DNA of 63,914 bases, filler included, from Octopus bimaculoides (GCF_001194135.2; 6 parts of 6 records of this genome joined end to end with filler, not necessarily neighbours in it), one strand, 5' to 3'. Counted from the whole stretch's first letter, positions 49,403-61,694 are shown. The notes: generated by a model not told the origin, from the letters alone. Numbers and translations are program-made.

Positions 49403-50972
49403 CTTTCTTATTCCTTTGTTGATACCGTAATGGTTGAGAGGCTCTATAATCTCAATAACACCCAATATAGATTTATATCTTTGTGAGAGTATGTCAAGTA
49501 ATGGTAATTCATTATTCCTTTCGCTGTAGTAAAATGTATAAAAGAATTATGAAACAGCGTTCCTATGAAGTAGATCTTTCAATCTCTCATTGACCTTGTC
49601 ACATATTGCCGCCATTATATGTACATGTTAATGCTCTCTGCAGTCTCTTGAAATATGTCGTTAGTTGATGATCGTTTTCAGTAATAAAACTCGAAGTTTA
49701 AGTTTCCCCATTACTTACTAATATGCTATGCTTTAAGATACAACAACGATAGATGTGATGAGGTTTTTATTCAGTCTTGAGTTAACAATGTAGCAAATCT
49801 AGGAAAATAACCAGTTGCTGAGTTGATATAAGTTTTTTGAATCTAACAGTGATATGAAATATTTCTTTCTTTTTTATGCTTTTCTGCTCCTAATATCTAT
49901 CAATGTTACGTTAAATTTGAAGGTAGTAAAACATTTTCCAAGTTGTTTTAGAATAATGAATATCTAATTTATTAACTGAATGCAGCAGAATATATCTATT
50001 TGAACTACGATCATAAAATCGTAGAGAATTTGGTAACTTTGTACTATAACCCATTTTGCATATCAGGAAATTGCAAACAACCAAGTCACCAATTTGAAAT
50101 GCTACTCTAATTTGATTTTAACAGTAGTTTAGAGAACATTGCTGGTGATTTTGACACCAATATTATTAATGAAATATTGATGATCTTCATTTTCAAAGTA
50201 AATGTTTTATAACTATTTTCCATATTAGTGTGGCTTATACAGATCTTACCTTTGATACTTTGCATACATTTGAATCATACATGTATGAGATATAATGCCC
50301 TTTGGATTTTTGTTGGTCACTTCTGAATTTTTCTGTTATCTTCCTTTAGAAGGATATCTTTCATTACAGATTCCTCACACATTTCACTCAGTCTGCATCA
50401 TCAATTCTCATCATTACATATACAAAGCAGTGTAGATTTTTCTTGAGATTACATGGTAAGCCTTTCATATTCAGTCAATACAGATTTTAAAAGCAACTCA
50501 CTTTTTCTCGGTTTAAGTTGCTTTCTTCCAGATCAACCTCAACCAATGACACTTGAGATCAAATGAATTCCAATTTTCAGACGATACATCTAAAATTATC
50601 CCATTATCTTAGATACCATGACTTTTTAAGTAGTACGTTATACATCAAGGGTGATTGCTAATTCTAGCAAGTTTAGTGACGTCATACAGGTTTTCTTCTT
50701 TCCTCATGCAACCACAAGATACCGCAGGTAATTATTCTGAGTTAAATTTTGCAAGTAAAATGTGATATATTGATAATATCATATTCAGCTTATTCCGCTC
50801 CATTCACCTTAAACCATCTGCATTCATTTTCCATTTTCGTACAATATACCAGCATTTTAAACATGCTTCATAACTGCTATTTCTTTTCCCTTGAAGCTTA
50901 TGAAAGAATCTATAGATCGTTGCTTACTCCACGAGAAATAGTAACCTAATTTTGTTTGTATCAGATCCTACC

Positions 50973-51968
50973 ATGTGGAGGCGCAATGGCCCAGTGGTTA
51001 GGGCAGCGGACTAGCGGTCATAGGATCGTGGTTTCGATTCCCAGACCGGGCCTTGTGAGTGTTTATTGAGCGAAAACACCTAAAGCTCCACGAGGCTCCA
51101 GCAGGGGATGGTGGTGAACCCTGCTGTACTCTTTCACCACAACTTTCTCTCACTCTTACTTCCTGTTTCTGTTGTGCCTGTAATTCAAAGGGTCAGCCTT
51201 GTCACGCTGTGTCACGCTGAATATCCCTGAGAACTACGTTAAGGGTACACGTGTGTGTGGAGTGCTCAGCCACTTGCACGTTAATTTCACGAGCAGGCTG
51301 TTCCGTTGATCGAATCAACTGGAACCCTCGACGTCGTAAGCGACGGAGTGCCAACAACAACAGATCCNNNNNNNNNNNNNNNNNNNNNNNNNNNNNNNNN
51401 NNNNNNNNNNNNNNNNNNNNNNNNNNNNNNNNNNNNNNNNNNNNNNNNNNNNNNNNNNNNNNNNNNNNNNNNNNNNNNNNNNNNNNNNNNNNNNNNNNNN
51501 NNNNNNNNNNNNNNNNNNNNNNNNNNNNNNNNNNNNNNNNNNNNNNNNNNNNNNNNNNNNNNNNNNNNNNNNNNNNNCATGTGGAGGCGCAATGGCCCAG
51601 TGGTTAGGGCAGCGGACTAGCGGTCATAGGATCGTGGTTTCGATTCCCAGACCGGGCCTTGTGAGTGTTTATTGAGCGAAAACACCTAAAGCTCCACGAG
51701 GCTCCAGCAGGGGATGGTGGTGAACCCTGCTGTACTCTTTCACCACAACTTTCTCTCACTCTTACTTCCTGTTTCTGTTGTGCCTGTAATTCAAAGGGTC
51801 AGCCTTGTCACGCTGTGTCACGCTGAATATCCCTGAGAACTACGTTAAGGGTACACGTGTGTGTGGAGTGCTCAGCCACTTGCACGTTAATTTCACGAGC
51901 AGGCTGTTCCGTTGATCGAATCAACTGGAACCCTCGACGTCGTAAGCGACGGAGTGCCAACAACAACA
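50973..51968 (+). mobile_element. Family-C-related SINE, seen twice around a gap (50973-51361 and 51579-51968)
   Basis: CATGTGGAGGCGCAATGGCCCAGTGGTTAGGGCAG...GGTTTCGATTCCC head. The copies appear identical, so this is probably one element represented twice by the assembly. Confidence 0.85.
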
Positions 51969-52192
51969 GATCCCACCCAAAGCAAATAAGAGAGATTTAA
52001 AATGATGTAGACCCGGATATATTAAAGCTTACAAAATGATATGTTCGCTGCATGAATGCATCCAAGCACGTCGCTTTATTTTGTATTTATCTGCTAAACA
52101 ACAACACTTGTACATTTTTACAACAGAAGAAAGCTGTTAGAAACGATTGTATGTTTTGATACAACTGAATAAATGAACAGAAAATAACTTAC

Positions 52193-52326
52193 AGAACAGC
52201 CTGGTGGATCGTCGTGTTTATCGTTGACACAGAATGTATTGTTTCCACTATATGAAAAATGCTTCTTGCAGATTGAAGATTCTACTTTTTTAACTTTTTT
52301 CTCTTCCAAGCGATTTGAATCATCCC
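52193..52326 (-). CDS. Isolated internal coding exon of an unidentified minus-strand gene
   Basis: Acceptor TTTTGTTTCATTTTAAAATTAG, donor GTAAGT, 134 nt open frame (phase 1 to 0): xDDSNRLEEKKVKKVESSICKKHFSYSGNNTFCVNDKHDDPPGCS, in non-repetitive sequence. No partner exon or homology recognised. Confidence 0.55.
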
Positions 52327-52594
52327 CTAATTTTAAAATGAAACAAAATTAGAAAACTCAACATTTAATACAACGCGCATGTATAATGACATTTTAGATT
52401 TGACTAATCTAATTATTTGAAACAAAAACTTGGAATATAATTTTCAGTCTGTTCTTATTCCTAGATTATATTAGTGCAAAAATTCCTAATCCTGGACTTA
52501 GCTCACCAGCTGCATATACGAGTACATTAACAATAGAAACAGTATGTTTAGGTATTAAGTATTAATATCTTATTTACATAATATATAGATTTCA

Positions 52595-52760
52595 AATTTC
52601 TGGCAGAACCCCAACAATATGAAGGGAGGGCGCAAGTCGATTACATCAACCTCAGCGTTGAATTGGCACTTATTTTATCGATCCCGAGCGGATGAAAATC
52701 AAAGAAGACCGCAGCAGAATTTGAATTCAGAACGTAAGGATGGACAAAATGGTGCAAACA
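52595..52760 (-). mobile_element. Family-B SINE, diverged
   Basis: Family-B body in reverse complement. Confidence 0.75.
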
Positions 52761-52855
52761 TCTCAAGTCGCATACAATATCATTACTGGAAGATGTCTGC
52801 CATGCCTTAATGTTTTATGTATGTATGTATGTATGTATATATGTATTTACATATA

Positions 52856-53201
52856 TGTTAAATAAAATGAGATAACAAGATCAAGGCAGTGTGATATTTC
52901 TGGACATTTATAAAGGGAAAAGTAGTCTCACAGCTGTTTCAGGGATGTAAAAGATATCCCATCATCAAAGACGATACGAGGAAATAATAGATTTCATTAT
53001 ATAAGAAGTTATTTCTCTCATTCCAAAATAACTTCTTATATAATGAAGTCTACTATTTCTTTCTACTGAAACTCTCTCATATCATTTCTGATGATGGGAT
53101 ATAGTTTATATCCCCAAAACAGCTATAAGACTACCTTTCTCTTTATAAATGTCGTAGAAATATCACACTGCCTTGGCCTTGTTATCTCATTTTATTTAAC
53201 A
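52856..53201. repeat. 346-bp inverted repeat with a hammerhead motif in each arm (PLE terminal-repeat structure)
   Basis: TGTTAAATAAAATGAGATAACAAG...GTAGTC (left) mirrors GACTAC...CTTGTTATCTCATTTTATTTAACA (right); central near-perfect 26-bp stem at 52988-53052. Confidence 0.85.
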
Positions 53202-53214
53202 CGGCCCGCATCAG

Positions 53215-54125
53215 ACTCCTCAATCATACTATTATTGAACCTGAAGTCTAAATTACTAGGAGTCTTGACGTTGAGTGAGAAGAGTGGGGAAAACGGAACG
53301 ACGTTCCAGTGGAGTTCTTTTTGTGGGTGCTAGGGCCAGGCATGTAGGAGATGTGGACCTTAAACCCCCAGGAGGCTAGTGCCTCATTGTAGCAGGAGGC
53401 TGTGGCATCGAACATTTCTTGACTTGAGGATAAATTCATGGTCTTCTTGTTGTCACCCTTCACTGAGTTCTTGAACAAGATAGTGGGTGGCAGGAAGCGG
53501 TAGTGATAGAAGAGAGCTTCTCATTTGGCTTGCAGTAGGGCCTATGTGTACCGGAGTCCAAATCTAGAGTGACATCTAGGACGTCTACGGTGAGGCTAGT
53601 CTCGATAATACTTTAGAGTCCCATGGAGAATAGGGCGCTAATCATGTCCTTTCTAAGCCTATCCAATGTGGCCCGTTGGCTCCTTTAGAGATCGCCAGAG
53701 CGTCAACTCTGTGGAGACTGAATAGGACTGAAGGGAACTTCTTCCCTAAGGTGTCCAGGATGTTGAGTACAATAAGATCACATATGTCAGAGCTGTCGTA
53801 AACTCCCATGGTCACATCGAAAGAGCCTTCGCGTTCGGATTACTTGACCCACGTCGAACCTTTATTGAACAGCACCGTCCTCCTGCGGTGCATGATAATA
53901 TCTATGTTACTATCGCTAATGTCCGTGAAGCTTGTAGCGAAGGAAAGTACCTTGGTCAATAATCCTTTCTATGTAGGCGGGTAAAAGTCGAAATGTTGAA
54001 TTTTGTGAACCTTGCTCTGCATTAAAACATAAGTTCACCTCTTTGGTTCCGCGCCATAAGAAGGGACCAGAGTCCCTCTCTATGTTGTTGTTGATCTTCC
54101 TTAGATATGTTTGCTCGTCTCGCCA
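53215..54125 (-). mobile_element. Penelope-like element reverse transcriptase remnant
   Basis: Minus strand with frameshifts: YLRKINNNI..WRGTKEV, IIMHRRRTVLFNKGSTWVK, SFDVTMGVYDSSDICDLIVL, VDVLDVTLDLDSGTHRPYCKPN, NLSSSQEMFDATASCYNEALASWGF, matching the PLE RT pattern FDVTMGxYDGAExCELVGL / FLDVTLDL / YxPYxKPN. Confidence 0.85.
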
Positions 54126-54131
54126 TTTATG

Positions 54132-54162
<31 letters not shown>

Positions 54163-54934
54163 ATGTATGTATGTATGTATGTATGTATGTATGTATGTAT
54201 GTATGTATGTATGTATGTATGTATGTGTGTGTGTGTATGTGTGTGTGTGTGTATGTATGTTTGTATGTATGTATGTATGTATGTATGTATGTATGTATGG
54301 GTACGCAGAAATTCCGGGATGGTGTCTGGCGTGCTGAAAGTCCACTGGGAGTGAGGCACCTCTCAGCTTCTGTTGAAACATGTCTCTAGGAGAAGGTCAC
54401 TCTGATATAGAACCAGATAAGCAGGGAGTGGCATTGGACATTTTGGGAATCTTTGGTTTGTGCTAGAGATCATGGTTCCCCCACATCCTTGAGCCTGCAA
54501 CTCATATTGGCACCAGACATCTTGTTCTGGCTTGTCTCTAGTTAATGTCAATAAAGTGGAGAGGGTCTATGAGGTGTTGTGCAAGCCTTATTGGACCTAA
54601 GACTCTACGCTTTTTCCCCCTATATGTATATATTTATTTCTAGTATATATGTAACTTTATTTTTAGTATATATTTATATATTTTTAGTATATTTTTATTT
54701 TATATTTTATTCAGAAGTCCTGCGCTGATGAGAAGGTGGTGAAGCATGCAATCCTGACGCGTATGAAGCATGTAGTCAGCAGCCTGCACGTAGGCGGCCC
54801 ATGCAAGATATAAAGTCGTCTCCTTGTCGCCCAAGACAGCGATAGGATTCGGTTGCTGCATGTGTGTCTGAGCAGCTCCACTTGGAGAATGCACTGCTCA
54901 CCAGGTGGCTGGGGAGGTTCTAGAAAAGGTGAAC

Positions 54935-55295
54935 CAAAAGGTGATTAGTTTTTCAATTATTTTCAATATTTATACAATGAATGATAGTTTTATATAGAAA
55001 TTATAAGTTATGATTGGATAAATTTGTGCCAGTATCTGCGGTTATACATATAATTAAAATTAAAAGGTTTTAGTTTAAAGTAAAGTAAGATATAATTATG
55101 TTGAAAGGAAATTTTATGGTTGCTTTTTTGGTAGAAGTTTTAGAATTGATTTGTTTATTGTTTTTTTTTCTTTATCATTGATACTTTGAAATTTTAAAAA
55201 TAAACTAAGATTATATACCCTATTATTTTTTAATGTAAAAATTTATTTGGCGGTTTTACATATCCAGTTAGGGGAGTTTGTTAATATAATTTTAT
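54935..55295 (+). pseudogene. NUMT: mitochondrial 12S rRNA (rrnS) fragment
   Basis: Decayed universal SSU motifs GTGCCAGTATCTGCGGTTATAC (55026), AAACTAAGATTATATACCCTATTAT (55202) and TTGGCGGTTTTA...TAGGGGAGTTTG (55247-55280). Confidence 0.8.
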
Positions 55296-55299
55296 ATTT

Positions 55300-55414
55300 C
55301 TAACAAAGAACCAAAATTTCATCAAACAAATAAATTAACATGTGATGGTAAATCAATTAATGCTCCATTTACAATCTGCAAAACAGGATGAGTTTTTCGT
55401 AATGAACTAAGCAT
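55300..55414 (-). pseudogene. cob: NUMT: cytochrome b 5' fragment
   Basis: Mitochondrial-code translation [38 protein letters not shown], then an abrupt junction to the 12S fragment. Confidence 0.92.
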
Positions 55415-55928
55415 ATCTATATTTAAATACCCGTAATGGACCCTCACAATAATAACAAATTTTGACAACTCTTACTAAAATTAATAATAATAATACTCCT
55501 AAAAATACATAACAAAAAAATTAAAACCTCTTCTTACTAACCTAGATATACCTAAACTCACAATTTTAATTTCCATTATCTTTATTAATATTATGCTTAC
55601 ATCTAAATATGAATATATAGAAACCACATTCATCAAAAAAAAAAAAAACCAATAACCCCAGTTAGTATATATATATATAATCAACCCTTTAGAAAAAAAA
55701 TTAAATTAGGAATAAGAATAATAATATATATAAATATTACCAATAAACACCAACATATACCAAAATTAATATATAACCATACCAAGAGTAAACAAAACAA
55801 AAAGAAATCCTAACTCTTATAATAATTCTAATTAATATAATCATAAACCCTAATCTCAAAGGTTAAATTTAAATAATTAATGTTCTAATAATAGAAAAAC
55901 CTAAAGAAAAAAAGATTATCAACACCAT
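55407..55928 (-). pseudogene. nad6: NUMT: NADH dehydrogenase subunit 6, disrupted
   Basis: MVLMIFFSLGFSIISTLII*I*PLSLG...SWYGYMLILVYVG (frameshift)...[16 protein letters not shown]; in-frame TAA stops; 8-nt overlap with the cob start. Confidence 0.88.
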
Positions 55929-55929
55929 A

Positions 55930-55998
55930 TCAAAAAAATAAAATATTTATTTTAATCTATAACTTCCAATGTTATTATTTTAATTAAACTATCTTTTG
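55930..55998 (-). pseudogene. trnP: NUMT: mitochondrial tRNA-Pro (TGG)
   Basis: Acceptor stem CAAAAGA/TTTTTTG, anticodon arm ATAAC-ATTGGAA-GTTAT, located between nad1 and nad6. Confidence 0.8.
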
Positions 55999-56002
55999 TA
56001 AT

Positions 56003-56250
56003 CTACAAATAAAACATCATCTTCCTAAATACTCCAACAAAAATTAAGATTATTAATACATATGGTAAATAGCTCTTTCAAATAAAATACATCAATAAAT
56101 CATAACGATATCGAGGATAACTTGCACGAACTCAAATAAATAAAAATGTCGATAAGCCTACAACAAATGATATTGATAACCCCATAGAAATTCTCAAAAA
56201 TCCACCTCCAAAAAATAACACCCTACACAAAAACCTTATAAACAAAATAT
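56003..56250 (-). pseudogene. nad1: NUMT: NADH dehydrogenase subunit 1 3' fragment
   Basis: ILFMSFLCSVLFFGGG...[28 protein letters not shown]...* in the invertebrate mitochondrial code. Confidence 0.93.
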
Positions 56251-56465
56251 ATTTGAGTTATAACTTTTAATATAAACTTAGAATACATTTTAACCTTTCC
56301 CAACCCACTGATAGTATTCCTACATTTTCTCTAGGTAATTCTGAGTCTCTTCTACCTATTACTTTTTCGAAAACCTTAGCTTTAATTCTCTTAATTTAGT
56401 CCTGTTTTTCTAACTTTATTCCTCTCCCTTTTTTCCTCTTCCTTCTTCCCCCCTTTCTTTTTGTT

Positions 56466-57178
56466 CAGGTTCTGGCCATTAATATTATGGTTTTACTCAT
56501 AAATAATACTAACCCACATTAATGTTTACCGTTTTTAAAATTTAATAGTATCTTAGAATGTCTAATGGAATTAAAAATTCTTTTTATGCATTTGTGTGCA
56601 TTTAAACTAGTTTAAATATCATTTTACAGAATAATAGAATTAAAATTTCTTTGATTAAAACCCTTTCTAACATGGAAGTATCCAAAGAGCATTTGAGGCA
56701 CATAATGCTTTATGAGTACAAAAAAGGAAACTCTGCAGCCGAAGCGACTCTAAACATACACTCAGTTCATGGAAAGAATGCTTGAATGAAAGAACTTGCA
56801 GAAGATGGTTTGCAAAATTCAGAAGTGGAGATTTCAGCCTTGAAAATGAAGATCGAACAGGACGTCCAGTCGAGTTTGATGATAAGCTCCTTGAGGCATT
56901 ACTTGAAGAAAATCTTGCATTATCAGTTGAAGAATTGGCAATAAAGCTCAGTTCACACCAGACAACTGATCATCGTCGTCTTCAATAACTTGGAAAGGTT
57001 CCTAAACTTGGAAAATGGGTGCCTCATGAATTGTCCGAAAGCAACCGCAAATCCCAAGTTGAAATCTGCTCTTCTCTCCATTCTCGCTAACTCATTTCAT
57101 CCTTTTTTGGATACACTTGTGACTGGTGAGGAAAAATGGATCTTCTATCGAAATGTTAAACGTCGTAAACAGTGGCTT
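56466..57178 (+). mobile_element. mariner transposon 5' half (frameshifted transposase), cut by a gap
   Basis: From 56672: MEVSKEHLRHIMLYEYKKGNSAAEAT..; RTCRRWFAKFRSGDFSLENEDRTGRP; GKWVPHELSE; LVTGEEKWIFYRN (WVPHEL and TGDEKW mariner motifs). Probable left TIR near 56466. Confidence 0.9.
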
Positions 57179-58214
57179 NNNNNNNNNNNNNNNNNNNNNN
57201 NNNNNNNNNNNNNNNNNNNNNNTTAATTAATTAANNNNNNNNNNNNNNNNNNNNNNNNNNNNNNNNNNNNNNNNNNNNTATCACCATCACCACCACCATC
57301 ACCACCACCATCACCATTCCTCTTTGTCTCTTCCTTCTTCCCCATAAAAAAAAATGTTCACTTCTAAACCATGTGGTTTCGGGTTCAATCCTATTACATG
57401 GCACCTTAGACAACTGTCTTCCACTTCCCCAGTATGTGTGTGTGTGTGTGCGCGCCAATAATATTTCATCATTGATCTCACCTGTGATCTATAATGAGTT
57501 AGTAGTCGTAGGGGCCTGTCTTATACATCCAGCCACAAATCCATCCATCCATCCATCCATCCATCCATCCACCCATAACGACTACCACCACGACAACCAT
57601 CACAACCATAGTAGCAATACCACTCTCAATATCAACAAACATCCCTACCACCACCACCACCACCACCACCATCACTATCACTTCCACCAATATTACCCCT
57701 ACAATAGCAATGACCACCATCAACTCCCCTCCACCGCTACCACCACCCTTCTTCACCATCCTTCTTCACCCCACATCACCCTCCCACTAGTGCCACCTTT
57801 ATCATAAACACCACTGATAGAGTCAACAGGAAGGCAATATTTTTCTCATTTCCTGGAAGTAGGAATTAGACTTCAGTTTAGTAGAACCTGTTGTTTATGG
57901 GTATTGAAATGGGTGTGTATATATGTATATAGGACTGTGCCTTTATGTATGTGTGTACATAAGTATTCCGATGCAGGTATATAGGTGTTTAATGTGTGTG
58001 TGTGTGTGTACATGTAGATGCCACTAAACGTGCATACACACACACACACATACACATATATGAACCACCACCCCCTACACACACATATAGGGTGTGGTGG
58101 AGATATTGTTGTGTAAATTATGCTGAAATGAAAATAACACTGACATCTCATTTTAACAGATATATTTACCAAAATTTCTTAAAAATATCTTGTAATACTA
58201 AAGAGTAAATTTAT

Positions 58215-58435
58215 TCAATAAAATCGCCATTGGCTTCAACCATGGCCACCAGACAACTTTGGAATCTCCTGCAACTCTTCTGGATGCTCTTCTTGTTTAA
58301 GTTGGTGAATGCTGCCATAATCCTTGCCTTCAGTTCATCTTTGGTCTTACAAAGAGTTTTGCTGCTCTCTCGCTCAACTACGCCCCACACATAATAATCA
58401 AAGGGGTTGCAGTGTGGGGAGTTAGGTAGCAGAAT
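58215..58435 (-). mobile_element. Tc1/mariner (maT-like) transposase C-terminal remnant
   Basis: PNSPHCNPFDYYVWGVVERESSKTLCKTKDELKARIMAAFTNLNKKSIQKSCRRFQSCLVAMVEANGDF. Confidence 0.85.
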
Positions 58436-58795
58436 GCAGTAATTCTTGCTGTAAAAGTCGAAAACACTAAATATCTTTTAAGAAGTATTCTGCATGAGTC
58501 ATCTAAGTTGGTTAGTGGATAAACACCTCATAAGGTGAATTTATTAATAGCTTAGGAGTACTCAGCCACTCACGTTCCTTTTGTTGTTGTTTCAACTAAT
58601 GACATTTACTTGTGGTTACCAAGGGAAGACTTCACTTGATTCTTCTTTGAGCTTCTTAATAATTTCCAATTATATAAACTTGGCATCAGGTGATTCAAAC
58701 TTTCAGGATTCCATAATTACAGGTTAAATATCTTACAACAGATCAGAAGAGGTTTTCTTGAACCAATGTTTAATAAAGACAGAGAAAATTTTCAA

Positions 58796-58863
58796 GTTGA
58801 GTTAGCAGAGTTGAGTTAGCAGAGTTGAGTTAGCAGAGTTGAGTTCAAGTTGAGTTAGCAGAG
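58796..58863. repeat. 14-bp tandem repeat (GTTGAGTTAGCAGA), about 4.5 units
   Basis: Direct reading. Confidence 0.9.
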
Positions 58864-59871
58864 ACACTGAATCAAACTTTAACAGAAAAATGTTTTGCTA
58901 AAAAAAAAAAAAAAAATATTAAAAATAACATCTGAGCAGTATTGAGGGAGAATGAAGGAATCGGTCAGAGGAAATATAATGAATACATGCTCATACCGAG
59001 GTGTATGCAACAACAGCTCAACCAACACAACAACTCCATCACAAATTTACAAAGACAGGGAAAAACTCTTACACACAAAAATCTTGTCACTTTGTTAGTG
59101 ACCGGTTCAAGAATTTAAAATGCAAAGGGAAACATACAGACATAGAAATGGATGCAAACAGGTATAGATAAATATACATACAGGCATACATACACATACA
59201 AATGTACAAGCGTATAAACACACACACGCTTACATATATATATTGTACATACCTCGTACATACATTCATACATAGATATACATTCATACATATATTCATA
59301 AATACATACACACACATACATTTATTCATACATACATGCACACACATGCACATACATACACACACACATGCACACACACACATGTACACACACACATGCA
59401 CACACACACATGGTGGTTGTCTACTCCTTATGCAGAGTCTGATCACCTCTTGTACCCACATCTACATACATTCTTACACACATACATTTAAATCTATATN
59501 NNNNNNNNNNNNNNNNNNNNNNNNNNNNNNNNNNNNNNNNNNNNNNNNNNNNNNNNNNNNNNNNNNNNNNNNNNNNNNNNNNNNNNNNNNNNNNNNNNNN
59601 NNNNNNNNNNNNNNNNNNNNNNNNNNNNNNNNNNNNNNNNNNNNNNNNNNNNNNNNNNNNNNNNNNNNNNNNNNNNNNNNNNNNNNNNNNNNNNNNNNNN
59701 NNNNNNNNNNNNNNNNNNNNNNNNNNNNNNNNNNNNNNNNNNNNNNNNNNNNNNNNNNNNNNNNNNNNNNNNNNNNNNNNNNNNNNNNNNNNNNNNNNNN
59801 NNNNNNNNNNNNNNNNNNNNNNNNNNNNNNNNNNNNNNNNNNNNNNNNNNNNNNNNNNNNNNNNNNNNNNN

Positions 59872-59922
<51 letters not shown>

Positions 59923-60781
59923 TAGATATAGATACATTGAATGAAAGAGAGGAAGAAGGAGAGATAAAGAGAGACAATATCAGTGAATTTTTGCAAGACA
60001 GCTGCTCTTAAATTGGTGCACTGTTGCACTGCTGCACTATAAATTGCAGCATTTTGTCAGATCTATAGATCGGGGATTTAAGATAGTTTTTAGCTTATTT
60101 CCTGTAAACTGCTCTCATAATGATACAGACTGATTGCGTGTGTGTGCATGTGTGTGTTCAGGTAATAAGTTTAAATTCATCTGCGTGTGTGTGATTTTAT
60201 ATATGCGTATACATATACATATGTTTGTGTTAGTATACAAGTGTGAATCTGTGTAATGATAGTGATCGCGTGTGTGTGTGTGTGCATGTACGCATGGTTA
60301 TGAAGGCAGCTGCTTCCTCAACCAGCTGAAATGTATCAAAGGTGCGTATACACATGACGGCATGTGTGTCTGTGTGTCTCTGTTCATGTATATATAGGCA
60401 GATGTGTGTGTGTATATACATGTGTATGATGATGATGGTTGAGCTTATCTAGTCCAAAAGATATAATTTACATACATTGTTTAAGTGTTATGTCCTATTT
60501 CTTTGCACCAAATTTAATATAGAATCTAGCGAGATAAGAAAAATATACCCTTGCTTGATTAAAGGAGATAATGTATTTTTAGTGCAGCATGTCTCTAACC
60601 ATGATTCCAGTCAAAGGCAGATGTTTTGAAAGGATGCCGCTGCAGGGCAGAGAAAATAACTAGTGGTTCTTCTTTTATATAAAAAGGAGCTTGTTAAATT
60701 TGAAACCATTGATAATTTCCAGAAGCAGTTTAAATATATTACAACCGTTTTGCTTATATTTGTTATCTAAGTTAAAAAAAA

Positions 60782-60823
<42 letters not shown>

Positions 60824-60963
60824 NNNNNNNNNNCACACATGCACACACACACATGTACACACACACATGCACACACACACATGGTGGTTGTCTACTCCTT
60901 ATGCAGAGTCTGATCACCTCTTGTACCCACATCTACATACATTCTTACACACATACATTTAAA

Positions 60964-60998
<35 letters not shown>

Positions 60999-61480
60999 NN
61001 NNNNNNNNNNNNNNNNNNNNNNNNNNNNNNNNNNNNNNNNNNTTAATTAATTAANNNNNNNNNNNNNNNNNNNNNNNNNNNNNNNNNNNNNNNNNNNNTA
61101 TATATATATATATATATATATTGGCATGTTTATTCTTAGCCAACGGAGGGTTAATTTCACCCTTGGTTGAGAATGTATTGCTCTTGGGACTGACTGAACC
61201 TGCAAACTCTAATCTGAGAAAATGAACAAGACGCAGTACAATGTGTTAAGTGATATATAAATGATGGGAAGGTCACGGATAGAGAGCTTTTGATGACTGC
61301 GGTGCTTGGAAAGGTTTTATCTCGAGGTAAACAGCTCGAGTAATTATTAAAGATAAGTGTGTATGTGTGTGTTTGTATGTGTGTGTTTGTGTATGTGTGT
61401 GTGCATGTGTGTGTGGACGATTGTGTATGAGTGAAAGAGAATGTGTGTGAGAGGCACAGACAGACTGCGTTTGTGTAGAA

Positions 61481-61516
<36 letters not shown>

Positions 61517-61649
61517 TGTGTGTACGTACGTAAGAGAATGTACTACAGTGTGTGCGCGCGCTCGTGCGTGTGCATGTGTTTGTGTGTGTGTNNNNNNNNN
61601 NTACGTAAGAGAATGTACTACAGTGTGTGCGCGCGCTCGTGCGTGTGCA

Positions 61650-61694
<45 letters not shown>

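Noticed and set aside
49500-50560. Ancient hAT transposase remnant on the minus strand
   Set aside because: Only faint motif echoes (YFISLLDS, TYNGGNM) appear among many stops; this needs a profile-HMM search to support.
50973-51968. Apparent tandem duplication of a 390-bp SINE
   Set aside because: The copies look identical and sit either side of a gap, typical of unmerged contig overlap. The same applies to 45890-46020, 59330-59500 versus 60834-60990, and 61530-61670.
58569-58600. GTGAGT donor that could supply the exon upstream of 52326
   Set aside because: It lies in a SINE-like remnant, and the required frame hits a stop within eight codons.
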